A stretch of DNA of 64,000 nt. Origin: an uncultured Candidatus Rokubacteria bacterium (lineage in GTDB: Bacteria; Methylomirabilota; Methylomirabilia; Rokubacteriales; DASRDR01). This document shows positions 18,779 through 34,162 of the stretch, one piece after another. The notes under the pieces were generated by a model that was given only the letters and a program-made list of their open reading frames with translations, was not told where the DNA came from and ran no database searches. Position numbers and translations under genes: made by a program. Numbering within the stretch: the first letter of the stretch is position 1; every line of letters starts with the position of its first letter. The DNA is taken from positions 32,001-96,000 of the forward strand of contig CAVPSB010000016.1 of NCBI GenBank assembly GCA_963708025.1, written 5' to 3'.

Positions 18779-19300
18779 CTATGGGCGGAATTGGCGTCGG
18801 AGCGCCTCGAGCGGCGCGAGACGCGGGTCGAGCCCTCGTGCTTCGCACGCGCAGGCGGTGACGTTCCGGTTCGCGCCGCAGACGGGGCAGAGTCCGCGAC
18901 AGTCGGGGTGGCACAGGGGCTTCATGGGGAGGGCCAGGTCCGTCTCGCTCCGCAGCAGCCCCGCCACGTCGAGCGTGTCGCCCTGGTGGAAATCCAGCTC
19001 CAGGTCGTCGGGCCTCAGCTCGACCTGCTCGTGACGGACGCTGGGCGCCGGGACCAGGTGCAGGTCAACGTCGGGACCCACGCGCGTGACCAGGGGTTCC
19101 AGGCACCGGCTGCACTGGAGCCCGACGGTGGCCCGGAAGCGTCCCGTCACGACCACGTCGCTACCCCGACGCTCGATGTGGAGGTCGACCGAGTCGAGAC
19201 TCCACCCCTCGTCCGGAAAGACGGGGCCCAGATCTCCCGGTGACTCGACCTGGAGACCCTCGTCCGGGATTTCGGAGATCCGTACGATCATCGCGCTCAC
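18779..19300 (-). CDS. yceD: DUF177/YceD family protein
   Basis: CSRCL and LPMKPLCHPDCRGLCPVCG..DPRLAPL motifs; lies upstream of rpmF. Confidence 0.9.
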   Translation of the reverse strand: MSAMIVRISEIPDEGLQVESPGDLGPVFPDEGWSLDSVDLHIERRGSDVVVTGRFRATVGLQCSRCLEPLVTRVGPDVDLHLVPAPSVRHEQVELRPDDLELDFHQGDTLDVAGLLRSETDLALPMKPLCHPDCRGLCPVCGANRNVTACACEARGLDPRLAPLEALRRQFRP

Positions 19301-19358
19301 CAACCTTCAGCGGCCCTCAATAAGTAGCGGAAACATCAGGGGTTTCTAAAACCATCGC

Positions 19359-19387
19359 ATTATACGGGCGCGTCTCGGGGGTGTCAA
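19359..19387 (-). promoter_or_regulatory. perfect-consensus sigma70 promoter for the yceD-rpmF-plsX-fab operon
   Basis: TTGACA (19387-19382), 17 bp, TATAAT (19364-19359). Confidence 0.85.
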
Positions 19388-19420
19388 GGGAATCGCCGTC
19401 AATCGCGCCCGGTTCACTCG

Positions 19421-20545
19421 TCTGTCCAGTAGAAATGTCCGCCTAACTGTTCAGTGAGAATGTCCGCCCCCTGGAGGGGTGAGCTGGCGGTTGCGCTCGC
19501 GTTGACGGCGGGAGAAGGTCTGCCGCCAGGGGTGGGGGCGGGCGGGGCGCCGCAGGTGCTGGGCCAGTTCGGTCAGCGCCGTGAGCGGCGACGCGGCGCG
19601 TTTTTGGGCAAGGGGGAGATAGCGGCCCCCCTCGTCGGACGCGCTCCTGGAGGCGCGGAGGCGGTGCGCCCGGCGGGGGACCAGGACGAACTCGGCCGCG
19701 GGGGCCGGATCCGCGGCGAGGCAGGCCCCCTGGTAGTGGACGAGCAGTCGCCCGTCCAGGCATTCGCGGACCTCGACGCGGCAGCCGGCGTAGGAGCGGC
19801 CGTGCGGGCCGCGCGGGATCTGCACGACGCGCGGGCCGAGCCGGACGGTGTTGTCGCGGGCGACGCGGCGGGTGTAGCGGCAGCTGAGGTGCTCAGCGAA
19901 GTCGCGCGGGGGCCGGCGCCACGCGGCCTGGGCCTGGGCGGGCGGCTGGGCGAAGCGGCGGTTGTGGTCGGCGAGGTAGGTGGGGAGGAAGGCCTCGGCC
20001 GCGGCGACGGTCTGGAGCCCGCGGAGGCGGAGCTCGGCGACGAGCCGGTCCTGGAGGGTTGCCCAGAGGCGCTCGATGCGGCCCTTGGCCTGGGGGGAGT
20101 GGGCGGCGATGTAGCCAATCCCGAGCCCCCGGAGGACCTGCCCGAAGTGGGTCGGCTCCTGGGCCCCCTGGAGCTCTTCCGCGAGGCTCCAGTGGGCGTC
20201 GTTCCGGACGAAGACGCCGAGGCGGTCGCCGTAGAGGGTCACGGGCAAGCCGTAGGCCTCGACGAGCCGGCGGAGCAGGGTGAGGTAGCCATGCAGGTCC
20301 TCCGCAGGCCGGAAGTGGAGGGCAGGACCGTCCCCGTGGCGTCGTCGATGGCGCCGAGCAGAAAGAGCGGGGTCCCGGTGCCGAGCCAGTCGAACACGCT
20401 GCCGTCGACCAGGACGAGGGCTCCCAGCGCGGGGCGCCGGGGGCGGCGCGTGCGGTGCTGCCGGGGCCGCCGGCGCCGCTTCGGGGGGAGGCCCAGGCCC
20501 CGGCGGAGGCGGCGGAGGGTGCTGCCACATGACAGCCGTTCGCCT
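19421..20545 (-). mobile_element. 5'-truncated, frameshifted DDE insertion sequence (IS481-related / IS1202-like)
   Basis: LVDGS..AIDDATG, YGLPVTLYGDR, HSPQAKGRIER and HNRRF motifs; subterminal 21-bp direct repeats at 19423-19443 and 19448-19468; N-terminal HTH missing. Confidence 0.8.
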
Positions 20546-20573
20546 TGACGGTCCCCGGGCCGTCTGCTAGCCT
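20545..20573 (+). promoter_or_regulatory. sigma70-type promoter for htpX
   Basis: TTGACG-17bp-TAGCCT. Confidence 0.55.
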
Positions 20574-20635
20574 TCGGGATGAGCCAACGCGAATCGAGTC
20601 GGGCGAAGGACTGTCCGCCCGCGAAGGAGGCGACC

Positions 20636-21487
20636 GTGGTCAACACCCTCAAGACGACCCTGCTGCTGGGCCTGATGACGGGCCTGTTCATCGCCATCGG
20701 TGGCCTGCTCGGCGGTCGGTCGGGCATGGTCCTCGCCTTCGGCATGGCGCTGGTGATGAACTTCATCTCCTTCTGGTTCTCGGACAAGATCGTCCTGAAG
20801 ATGTACGGGGCCCAGCCGCTGTCCGAGGCGGAGGCCCCGATGGTCCACCGCATCGTCCGGAACCTGGCGACCAAGGCCGGCATCCCCATGCCACCCCTCT
20901 ACCTGATCCCGTCCCCCCAGCCCAACGCCTTCGCGACGGGTCGGAGCCCGCGGCACGCCGCCGTCGCGGTGACCGAGGGGATCCTGAGGGTCATGAACGA
21001 AGCAGAGCTGGAAGGGGTGCTGGCCCACGAGCTGTCCCACGTCATCAACCGGGACGTGCTGGTCTCGACGGTCGCCGCCACGATCGCCGGCGCCATCGGC
21101 ATGCTGGCCAACATGGCGCAGTGGAGCCTCTTCCTGGGCGGCAGTCGCGACAACGAGGGGCGCGGTGGGAACCCCATCGCCCTCATCGCCACCATCATCT
21201 TCGCGCCGCTCGCCGCCATGCTGATCCAGATGGCGGTCTCCCGGTCCCGGGAGTACCAGGCCGACGCCTCCGGCGCCCAGCTCACCCGGCGCCCGCTGGG
21301 CCTCGCCTCGGCGCTGGCCAAGCTGCACCAGGCGAGTCAGATGGTGCCGATGGACGTCAACCCCGCCACCGCCCACCTGTTCATCGTGAACCCGCTGAGC
21401 GGCCGGAGCTTCGCCGCGCTCTTCTCGACCCACCCGCCGATCGAGGAGCGGATCGCGCGGCTTCAGGCCATGGCGCGAGGCCAGTAG
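20636..21487 (+). CDS. htpX: zinc metalloprotease HtpX
   Basis: PNAFATG, HELSH, SREYQAD and THPP motifs; SD AAGGAGG. Confidence 0.95.
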   Translation: MVNTLKTTLLLGLMTGLFIAIGGLLGGRSGMVLAFGMALVMNFISFWFSDKIVLKMYGAQPLSEAEAPMVHRIVRNLATKAGIPMPPLYLIPSPQPNAFATGRSPRHAAVAVTEGILRVMNEAELEGVLAHELSHVINRDVLVSTVAATIAGAIGMLANMAQWSLFLGGSRDNEGRGGNPIALIATIIFAPLAAMLIQMAVSRSREYQADASGAQLTRRPLGLASALAKLHQASQMVPMDVNPATAHLFIVNPLSGRSFAALFSTHPPIEERIARLQAMARGQ

Positions 21488-21581
21488 CGTAGTCGGATCG
21501 ATCGCGGGCGCGGAGGATCCGCCCCTCGAACGTGAATCGCCTCGAGCCCGCCGGACCGGTGGTATCGTGTCTGGCGGGCCC

Positions 21582-22286
21582 ATGATCGAGGTCTCCCGCC
21601 TCACCAAGGTTTACGGCCGGAGCGTCGCGTTGCGCGGGGTCAGCCTCACGGTCCCGGCCGGCGCCGTGCTCACCGTGCTGGGCCACAACGGCTCCGGCAA
21701 GACGACGCTCCTCCGGGTGCTCGCGACCCTCACGCGCCCGACGGCCGGGTCGGGCCGCATCGGCGGCCACGACCTCGTGGCCGAGCGCGACGAGATCCGC
21801 CGGCTGGTCGGCCTGGTCGGACACGGCACCCAGCTCTACGACGACCTCACCGCGCTGGAAAACCTCCGCTTCGCCGCCGCCCTGCACGACCTCCCGGCCG
21901 ACCCGGCGAGCGCCGACGCCGCGTTGGCCCGGGTCGGACTGGAGGCGCAGGCCGGCATGCGGGTCCGCGAGCTGTCGAGCGGCATGCGGCGCCGGGTGGC
22001 GCTGGCGCGGGTCATGCTCCGCCGGCCGCGGGTCCTCCTGCTCGACGAGCCGTTCGCCGGTCTCGACCAGGACAGCGCGAAGCGGCTCGAGGCGTACCTG
22101 CACGAGTTCCGAGCCGAAGGAGGCGCGGCGGTCCTCGTGACCCACGGGCTCGGGCGGGGCCTCGCGCTCGCCGACCGCATCGCCATCCTGGCTGGTGGCC
22201 GCCTGGCGGTGGAGCAAGCTCGGGGCACGCTGACCGAGGAGGCGCTCGGCCAGCTCTACCTGGCCGCCACGGAGGCGAGCGGCTGA
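21582..22286 (+). CDS. ccmA: heme ABC exporter ATP-binding subunit
   Basis: GHNGSGKTT, LSSGMRRR and LLDEP motifs; operon context. Confidence 0.9.
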   Translation: MIEVSRLTKVYGRSVALRGVSLTVPAGAVLTVLGHNGSGKTTLLRVLATLTRPTAGSGRIGGHDLVAERDEIRRLVGLVGHGTQLYDDLTALENLRFAAALHDLPADPASADAALARVGLEAQAGMRVRELSSGMRRRVALARVMLRRPRVLLLDEPFAGLDQDSAKRLEAYLHEFRAEGGAAVLVTHGLGRGLALADRIAILAGGRLAVEQARGTLTEEALGQLYLAATEASG

Positions 22287-22975
22287 TGGGGGCGCTCGCC
22301 GGCTTTTCCCGCCGGGCGTGGGCGATGCTCTGGAAAGACCTCGTGGTGGAGCGGCGGGCCAAGGAGGGCGCCAACGCCCTCGCCTTCTTCGCGATCCTTC
22401 TCCTCTTCCTCTTCTATCTGGCGCTCGGGCCCGACCAGGAGCGGATCCGGGGCGCGCTGGCCGGACTCTTCTGGCTGGCCTTCATCCTGGCCGGGGTCCT
22501 CGGCCTCGGCCGCGCCTTCGCGCTCGAGCGCGAGAACGACTGCCTCGACGGCCTGATCCTCGCCTCCGGCGACAAGGGCGGGCTCTACCTCGGCAAGGTC
22601 GCCGGGACCACCGTGCTCATGCTGGCCATGGAGGTCGCCTTCATCGTGGCGACCGGCCTGCTCTACAACCTCGATCTCTGGGGCGCGGTGCCCCGGCTCC
22701 TCCTGATCGCCCTCGCCGGCACCGTCGGGTTCGCTGCGGTCGGCACGCTCTTCGCCGCCATGACCGCCCAGCTCCGGGCCCGCGAGGTGCTGCTCCCGGT
22801 CCTCCTCCTGCCGCTGGTGGTGCCGGTGCTGCTGGCGGCGGTGCGGCTCACCGAGGCCGCCCTGGCCGGGGAGGGCTGGGCCGACACGGCGGCGTGGTGG
22901 CAGCTCCTGGTCGGCTTCGACGTGGTCTTCGTGGTGGCGGGGGTGCTCGTGTTCGAATTCGTGCTGGAGGCGTGA
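22286..22975 (+). CDS. ccmB: heme exporter permease
   Basis: WKDL..E, F..ERENDCLDGL and LLPVLLLPLVVP motifs. Confidence 0.9.
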   Translation: MGALAGFSRRAWAMLWKDLVVERRAKEGANALAFFAILLLFLFYLALGPDQERIRGALAGLFWLAFILAGVLGLGRAFALERENDCLDGLILASGDKGGLYLGKVAGTTVLMLAMEVAFIVATGLLYNLDLWGAVPRLLLIALAGTVGFAAVGTLFAAMTAQLRAREVLLPVLLLPLVVPVLLAAVRLTEAALAGEGWADTAAWWQLLVGFDVVFVVAGVLVFEFVLEA

Positions 22976-23637
22976 TGAGCGGGCGACCGTTCGGCTGGCT
23001 CTCGGCGCTGCTCCTGCTGGCGGGCCTGGGGGCGGCGTTCGGCTACGCGCCGCGTGACGCCGTGCAGGGCAACGTGCAGCGAATCATGTACCTCCACGTG
23101 CCTGCCATCCTGACGGCCTACGTCGCCATCGGCGTCGTCCTGGTCGCCAGCATCGCCTACCTGGCGACCCGCCGCCCGACCTGGGACCGCGTGGCGGCCG
23201 CCGCCGGCGAGCTGGCCGTCTGCTTCATCGCGGTGACCCTGATCACCGGCTCGATCTGGGGGAAGCCGACCTGGGGAACGTGGTGGACCTGGGACGCGCG
23301 GCTCACCTCGACCGCGCTCCTGTTCGTGATCTACCTCGGGTACTTGCTGCTCCGGAGCGTGGTCGAGGACGCCGAGCGGGCGGCCACCTACGCGGCCGTC
23401 CTGGGGATCGTCGGCGCGCTCGACGTGCCCATCATCCACTTCTCCGTCCAGTGGTGGCGGACGCTCCACCAGCCGGCCACGATCCTGCGCCCGCAGGCGC
23501 CGACCATGGACGCCTCGATGGTGGTCGCCCTCCTGGTCAACCTCGTGGCCTTCGTCTGCACCTTCACCTACCTCGCCAGCCGCCGGTATCGCCTGCTGTC
23601 TCTCGAGGCCGAGGCCACCCGGCAGAGCTGGCAGTAG
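22975..23637 (+). CDS. ccmC: heme chaperone/exporter CcmC
   Basis: MYLHVP; WGKPTWGTWWTWDARLT (WWD domain); WWRTLHQ. Confidence 0.93.
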   Translation: MSGRPFGWLSALLLLAGLGAAFGYAPRDAVQGNVQRIMYLHVPAILTAYVAIGVVLVASIAYLATRRPTWDRVAAAAGELAVCFIAVTLITGSIWGKPTWGTWWTWDARLTSTALLFVIYLGYLLLRSVVEDAERAATYAAVLGIVGALDVPIIHFSVQWWRTLHQPATILRPQAPTMDASMVVALLVNLVAFVCTFTYLASRRYRLLSLEAEATRQSWQ

Positions 23638-23755
23638 CCGGCCGCCGGCGGTCCCGGCCGCCTCCCTGGCGAGGCGGGGGACGGCCGGCGACGGCCCGAG
23701 GGCGACCTCAGGAGGCCTGTGGTATCCTCACAGGGACATTGAGGATCGATTCGCC

Positions 23756-23878
23756 ATGAATCACTGGACGTTCGTCCTGGCCGCCTACGGCGTGGCGGCG
23801 CTCCTCCTCGTCGGCTACTGGTGGCGCGTCGAGCGGCGGATCAACGCCCTCGAGGCAGCGCGGCAGGACGGGACGTGA
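23756..23878 (+). CDS. ccmD: heme exporter protein CcmD (absent from the ORF track)
   Basis: MNHWTFVLAAYGVAALLLVGYWWRVERRINALEAARQDGT; one TM with AY motif; overlaps the ccmE start. Confidence 0.8.
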   Translation: MNHWTFVLAAYGVAALLLVGYWWRVERRINALEAARQDGT

Positions 23879-24357
23879 GCGTGCGACGATACCGGAAGCT
23901 GATCATCGGCGGCGCCATCATCGTGCTGGCGCTGGCGGGTCTGGTGCTGACCGGCATCCGCCAGTCCGTGGTCTACTTCGTCACCCCGTCCGAGCTGCGC
24001 GCGGCTCCCGGCGGCACTGCCGGTAAGGCGTACCGGGTGGGCGGCATGGTGGTGCCGGGCTCGCTGCGCCGGGACCCGGCGACGCTCCGCCAGGACTTCC
24101 TGCTGTCGGACGGCAAGGCTACCGTGCCGGTCCGGTTCCGCGGCATCCCGCCCGACCTGTTCGGCGAGGGCCGGGGCGCTGTCGTGGAGGGCACCCTCGG
24201 CCAGGACGGCACCTTCCAGGCGAGCACGATCATGGCCAAGCACTCCGAGGAGTACAAGGCGCCGCACGACGGTCAGGCGGGCTACCAGGAGCTGCTCAAG
24301 ACCTTCAAGGGCAACGACGGGGCGCCCCGGCCGGCGACCGGCAAGCCCGGCGGCTGA
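23875..24357 (+). CDS. ccmE: cytochrome c maturation heme chaperone CcmE
   Basis: YFVTPSE, PDLFGEG and AKHSEEY (HxxxY) motifs. Confidence 0.93.
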   Translation: MSVRRYRKLIIGGAIIVLALAGLVLTGIRQSVVYFVTPSELRAAPGGTAGKAYRVGGMVVPGSLRRDPATLRQDFLLSDGKATVPVRFRGIPPDLFGEGRGAVVEGTLGQDGTFQASTIMAKHSEEYKAPHDGQAGYQELLKTFKGNDGAPRPATGKPGG

Positions 24358-24363
24358 GACGCC

Positions 24364-24888
24364 ATGTCCCGGCGCTGGCTCATCCCGCTGGCGGCCGTCC
24401 CGGTACTGGCGGTCCTCGCGTACGGCTTCCGCAGCGATCCCCGGGCGATCCCCTCCCCGCTCGTCGGGCGGCCGGCGGTGGCCTTCGCGTTGACGAGCTA
24501 CGAGGGCGCGCCGATCAGCCTGGAGACCCTCCAGGGCAAGGTGGTCGTCCTCAACTTCTGGGCGTCGTGGTGCTACCCCGCCTGCTACGAGGAGGCGCCG
24601 GTCCTCGAGGGGGCCTGGCGCGCCTACCGGGAGCGCGGCCTGGTCGTTGTCGGCGTGGACATCCAGGACACCGAGCCTGCCGCGAGCCGGTTCATCAAGC
24701 AGTTCGGGCTCAGCTTCCCGAACGCCCCGGACCCCAAGGGCAAGGTCTCGATCGACTACGGCGTCTACGGCGTGCCCGAGACCTTCGTGATCGACAAGCA
24801 GGGTCGGATCCGGGACAAGAAGGTCGGCGCGGTCACCGAGGCGTACCTCAAGGAGAAGATCGAGCCGCTCCTCCAGGAGAGCTCGTGA
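24364..24888 (+). CDS. ccmG: CcmG/TlpA-like thioredoxin with an atypical CxxxC site
   Basis: LNFWASWCYPAC and YGVYGVPET motifs. Confidence 0.85.
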   Translation: MSRRWLIPLAAVPVLAVLAYGFRSDPRAIPSPLVGRPAVAFALTSYEGAPISLETLQGKVVVLNFWASWCYPACYEEAPVLEGAWRAYRERGLVVVGVDIQDTEPAASRFIKQFGLSFPNAPDPKGKVSIDYGVYGVPETFVIDKQGRIRDKKVGAVTEAYLKEKIEPLLQESS

Positions 24889-25322
24889 GCCCGGCGCGCG
24901 CGGCCGTCGCGCTCGTCCTGCTCCTGCTCGGGACCGCCGCCCCGGCCGCCCAGGTCAACGAGGACACCGTCCGGCACGTGGCCAGCCAGCTCCGGTGCGT
25001 CGTGTGCCAGAACCTCTCGGTGGCCGACTCGCCGTCCGAGATGGCCCGTCAGATGCGGGACGTGATCCGCGAGCGCCTCGGCCAGGGCGAGACGGAGCAG
25101 CAGGTCATCCACTACTTCGAAGAGCGCTACGGCCCCTGGGTCCGGCTCTCGCCGGGCGGCTGGTTCGTGTGGGTGCTCCCCTTCGCCGGCCTTTTCGTCG
25201 GGCTCGGCGTAGTGCTCCTGATCACGCTCCGCTGGACCCGGCGCGCCCGCGAGAGCCAGGAGGCGCTCTCGCCGGCCGACCGCGAGCGGGTCCGGCTGGA
25301 GCTGGAACGGTTCCGCGAGTAG
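24885..25322 (+). CDS. ccmH: cytochrome c biogenesis protein CcmH
   Basis: LRCVVCQN motif, ERYG. Confidence 0.9.
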   Translation: MSPARAAVALVLLLLGTAAPAAQVNEDTVRHVASQLRCVVCQNLSVADSPSEMARQMRDVIRERLGQGETEQQVIHYFEERYGPWVRLSPGGWFVWVLPFAGLFVGLGVVLLITLRWTRRARESQEALSPADRERVRLELERFRE

Positions 25323-25328
25323 CCGGCC

Positions 25329-26428
25329 GTGATCGTCGCGCTCCTCGCCCTCGCCTTTGCCGTGCCCGCCGCCGTGTTCGTGGTGTGGCCCCTGATCACC
25401 CGCCGGGAGGCCGCCGCGCTCGCGTCGGCCACCGAGGAGACCCGCGCCGCCCTGGAAGCCGAGAAGGTCCAGGCGCTCCGGGCGATCCGGGAGCTGGAGA
25501 CGGAGCACCAGGCGGGACTCCTGAGCGACGCCGATCACGCGGAGCTCCGGGCGCGCCTCGAGGCGGGGGCGAGCGCGATCCTCAAGCGCCTCGACGCCCT
25601 CCCGCCCCCGGCCGCGCCGGTCGCGGCGCCGGCCAAGGTCCGAGCGACCGCCGGCCGCAAGGCGCCGCGGCGGGGCACGGCGGCGGCACCGGCGACTCCC
25701 GCGGCGGTGGCCGTCGGCGCCCCGCGCGCCCTGGACCCAGCGCCCGCTCGTCCTCACCGGCGGCGCGCTCGGCATCCTCGTCTTCGGCGTCGTCCTCGGC
25801 GTGCTCGTCGTCCAGTACACAGCCCCGGCGCCTGCCGATCCGATGGCGGCGCCTCCGCCCATGGCCGCCCTGCCCGGCCTGGGCGAGGGCGCAGGGACCC
25901 GGCGCCACGCCGCCGGGCGCGGGGGGCGAGAGCCCGCGACCCATCCCGCCCGCCATGCTGGAGGGCATGCTGCGTGCCGCCCACCAGGCCCTGGACGCCG
26001 GGCAGTACCAGCAGGCGATCGCCGCCTACAGGGCGGTCCTCAAGCGCCATCCCGACAACGTGGACGCGATCACCCATCTCGGGGTGATCCTCGCCGTCGC
26101 CGGCCACGCCGACGGCGCCCTCGACGCGTTCGACCGGGCGCTCGCCATCCAGCCCGACTACCCGCATGCCCTGTGGGACAAGGGCCGGGTACTGTACGAG
26201 CAGCGCCAGGACTACGCCGCGGCCATCGCCGCCTGGGAGCGCTTCGTGGCGGTGAGCGGGCCGGGCGAGGATCGGGACCGCGCCCAGGCGCTGATCCAGG
26301 AGGCCCGGACCAAGCTGGCCGCCGCTCCCCCGGCGGCGGGCGGCCCGGCGCCCAAGCCCGGCGCGGCCGGGAGCCCGGCGCCCAAGACCGGCGCAAAGCC
26401 GGCCGGTCCGGCGGGCGCCAAGCCGTGA
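25329..26428 (+). CDS. ccmI: CcmI/CycH-like TPR protein (apparent frameshifts near 25700 and 25920)
   Basis: N-terminal TM, IRELE.E..AG.LSD motif, a second TM in a shifted frame, and C-terminal TPRs. Confidence 0.7.
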
Positions 26429-26458
26429 CCCCGTGACCCGTGAAGGAGCTCGCATCGC

Positions 26459-28456
<1,998 letters not shown>

Positions 28457-28459
<3 letters not shown>

Positions 28460-28547
28460 GAACGTGTGAAGCACGTGGGATCCTCCGACTCCCCCCTCCC
28501 CCCGGTGGGTGGGGGAGGGGGGGTGGGGGGGGGCGGGAGGTCCCGAA
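28457..28547. repeat. G/C-tract repeat family B starting at the ccmF TGA stop
   Basis: CCCCCTCCCCCCGGTGGGTGGGGGAGGGG..GGGAGGTCCCGAA. Confidence 0.75.
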
Positions 28548-28569
28548 AAGGCGCAGCCCTCCGGCTCGG

Positions 28570-31980
<3,411 letters not shown>

Positions 31981-31983
31981 GAA

Positions 31984-32439
31984 GTGCGGCGTTCGGCGGA
32001 CTGGCTAGCCCGCGCCGCGGGAGTGGTGCTTCCCCCGCTCGCGCTGGTGATCGCGGCCGGTCTCTACTTCCGGGAGATCCTTCCGCTGCCCGAGCCCCAG
32101 CGTTACTTCGGCGGCGACTTCGCCAGCTATTTCTACCCGGTGTATCGCTACGTCGCCGAAGAGACCGGGGCCGGTCGGCTGCCGCACTGGACGCCGTACG
32201 TCGGCGTCGGCTATCCCCTGCTGTCGGACATCGAGGCCAGCGTCCTCTACCCGCCGATCCGCCTCATGACGCTCTTCACCGGGCCCCCGAGCTACCTGGT
32301 GCTGGAGCTGTACGCCATCGCCCACTTCGTCCTCGCCGGGCTCGGCATGCTGCTCCTCGGCCGGACGCTCGGGCTGCCGGTCGTCGCCGCCAGCGTGGCG
32401 GCGGTCACCTTCGTGTTCTCCCGACGAAGGCCCCGATGA
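31984..32439 (+). pseudogene. N-terminal fragment of a YfhO-like/GT-C membrane protein
   Basis: GDFASYFYP..GRLPHWTPY..GYPLLSD..LYPP motif; ends after only 151 aa. Confidence 0.55.
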
Positions 32440-33062
32440 GGGCCTGCCTGGCCGCGCTCTGTCTGCTCGCGCTGGCGGCCGCCGCGCCGGAGGAGAGCGC
32501 CCTCCTCGAGCAGCTCCGCCAGGGCAGCCCGACCGAGCGTCGGGCCGCGGCCGTCCGGCTGGCCGAGGTCGGCAGCCCGGCGGCGACGTCCGGGCTGGCC
32601 CGGGCGCTGCGCGACGCCGACGCCGAGGTGCGAGGGCTGGCCCAGGCCGCCCTGTGGGCCATCTGGCTGCGCTCCGGCGACAGCGCCGTGGACGCGCTGC
32701 TCCAGGACGGCATCAGGCTCATGGAGCAGGGGCGCTTCCCGGAAGCCGTCGACGTGTTCAGCGACGTGATCAAGCGGGCGCCGGCGTTCGCCGAAGGCTG
32801 GAACAAGCGCGCCACCGTCTACTACCTGATGGGCGAGTACGACCGCTCGCTGGCCGACTGCGAGGAGGTCATCCGGCGGAACCCGATCCACTTCGGCGCC
32901 CTCTCGGGATTCGGGCTCATCTACCTCGAGAAGGGCGACCTGGAGCACGCCGCCGAGTATTTCGAGCGAGCGCTGACCGTGAACCCCAACCTGGACCGGG
33001 TGGAAGCGGCGCTGGAGCAGATTCGAGAGGTGCTGAAGCAGCGCCGCCGCCAATCGATCTAG
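32436..33062 (+). CDS. HEAT-repeat plus TPR protein
   Basis: Signal peptide; LRDADAEVR HEAT repeat; PAFAEGWNKRAT..HFGALSG TPRs. Confidence 0.8.
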   Translation: MRACLAALCLLALAAAAPEESALLEQLRQGSPTERRAAAVRLAEVGSPAATSGLARALRDADAEVRGLAQAALWAIWLRSGDSAVDALLQDGIRLMEQGRFPEAVDVFSDVIKRAPAFAEGWNKRATVYYLMGEYDRSLADCEEVIRRNPIHFGALSGFGLIYLEKGDLEHAAEYFERALTVNPNLDRVEAALEQIREVLKQRRRQSI

Positions 33063-33126
33063 CGGGGGCCATCTGCTCGAGGAAGCTGAGCTTGAGGCTC
33101 CCGCCACTGACCTGAATGGAGGAAGC

Positions 33127-33825
33127 ATGACGACCCCGATCGATCCGAAGGTGCTCGACGAGCTGCGGAAGATCTCGTCACCGACGATCGCCAACGCCAT
33201 CGAGACGTTCAACGTGAAGCCGCGCAGCGCCGGCTTCGTCGGCCCCGAGATCGTCTGCCGCTTCCCCCGGCTGGGTGTGATGCTGGGCTACGCGGTGCCC
33301 GCCCTCATCCGGGCGGAGCCGGCGCCGGTCGATGGCCACCGGGCCGGCGAGTCCGCCTGGTGGGACCACGTGGCGGCCAGCCCGGGCCCTCGCGTGGTCG
33401 TCATGCACGACATCGACGAGCCGCGCGGCCAGGGCGCGTACTGGGGCGAGGTGCAGGCGAACATCCACAAGGCGCTCGGCTGCGTCGGGGTGGTCACCGA
33501 CGGCACCGTGCGGGACCTGCCGGAGGCCGAGGCGCTCGGCTTCCACTTCTTCTCGTCGCACGTCACGGTCTCCCACGCCTACGTCCACATGGTGGACTTC
33601 GGGCTGCCGGTCAAGGTCGGGGGCCTGTGGGTGCGGCCGGGCGAGCTGCTCCACGGCGACCAGCACGGCGTCGTGGTCGTCCCGCCGGAGATCGCGGCCC
33701 AGATCCCGGAGGCCGCCGCGAAGATCGAGGCGCGCGAGCGGAAGATGATCGCGGTCTGTCAGAAGCCGGGTGTCACGCTGGACGAGATCAAGGCCGCCCG
33801 CAAGGCTATGCAGCAGTCCTACTGA
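33127..33825 (+). CDS. RraA/HMG-aldolase family protein
   Basis: WGEV, VTDGTVRD and LHGDQHGVV motifs. Confidence 0.88.
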   Translation: MTTPIDPKVLDELRKISSPTIANAIETFNVKPRSAGFVGPEIVCRFPRLGVMLGYAVPALIRAEPAPVDGHRAGESAWWDHVAASPGPRVVVMHDIDEPRGQGAYWGEVQANIHKALGCVGVVTDGTVRDLPEAEALGFHFFSSHVTVSHAYVHMVDFGLPVKVGGLWVRPGELLHGDQHGVVVVPPEIAAQIPEAAAKIEARERKMIAVCQKPGVTLDEIKAARKAMQQSY

Positions 33826-34162
33826 GATGATCGGGAGGGGGGCTGCGCCCCCCTCCCGGACCTCCCCTCGGAGCGGAGGCGCGGGCGGAGCCCGCGCCAA
33901 GAGTGGACCGCCATGGCCTCGAGGCCTGAAGCCGCGCGTTGCGAGAAGCCAGCGCGGGCAGGATAAGCGGCCGCCCATCTCTTGACAGGCACTGAGCGCC
34001 TGGGCGGAAATGCCGGGGGCTCCATTCCCCGCCCGTCGGCTTCTCGCAACCCTCTGGCTCTGGCCACGCGGCGGTGGCGTTCCGCTTCGAGCCGCGGCTT
34101 CGCCGCGGCCTCCGAAGGGGGGCATCGGGGGGGTCTTCCGAGACCCCCCCGAAGATCTTTCA
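33823..34162. repeat. tail-to-tail doublet of family C elements between convergent genes
   Basis: 33823-33996 (+) and 33992-34162 (-) each start at a TGA stop and share the junction CAGGCA-CTGAG-CGCCTG. Confidence 0.85.

Noticed and set aside
19330-19425. XerCD/dif-like target next to the IS1202-like end
   Set aside because: No recognisable XerC/XerD arms; the AT-rich bases are explained by the sigma70 promoter.
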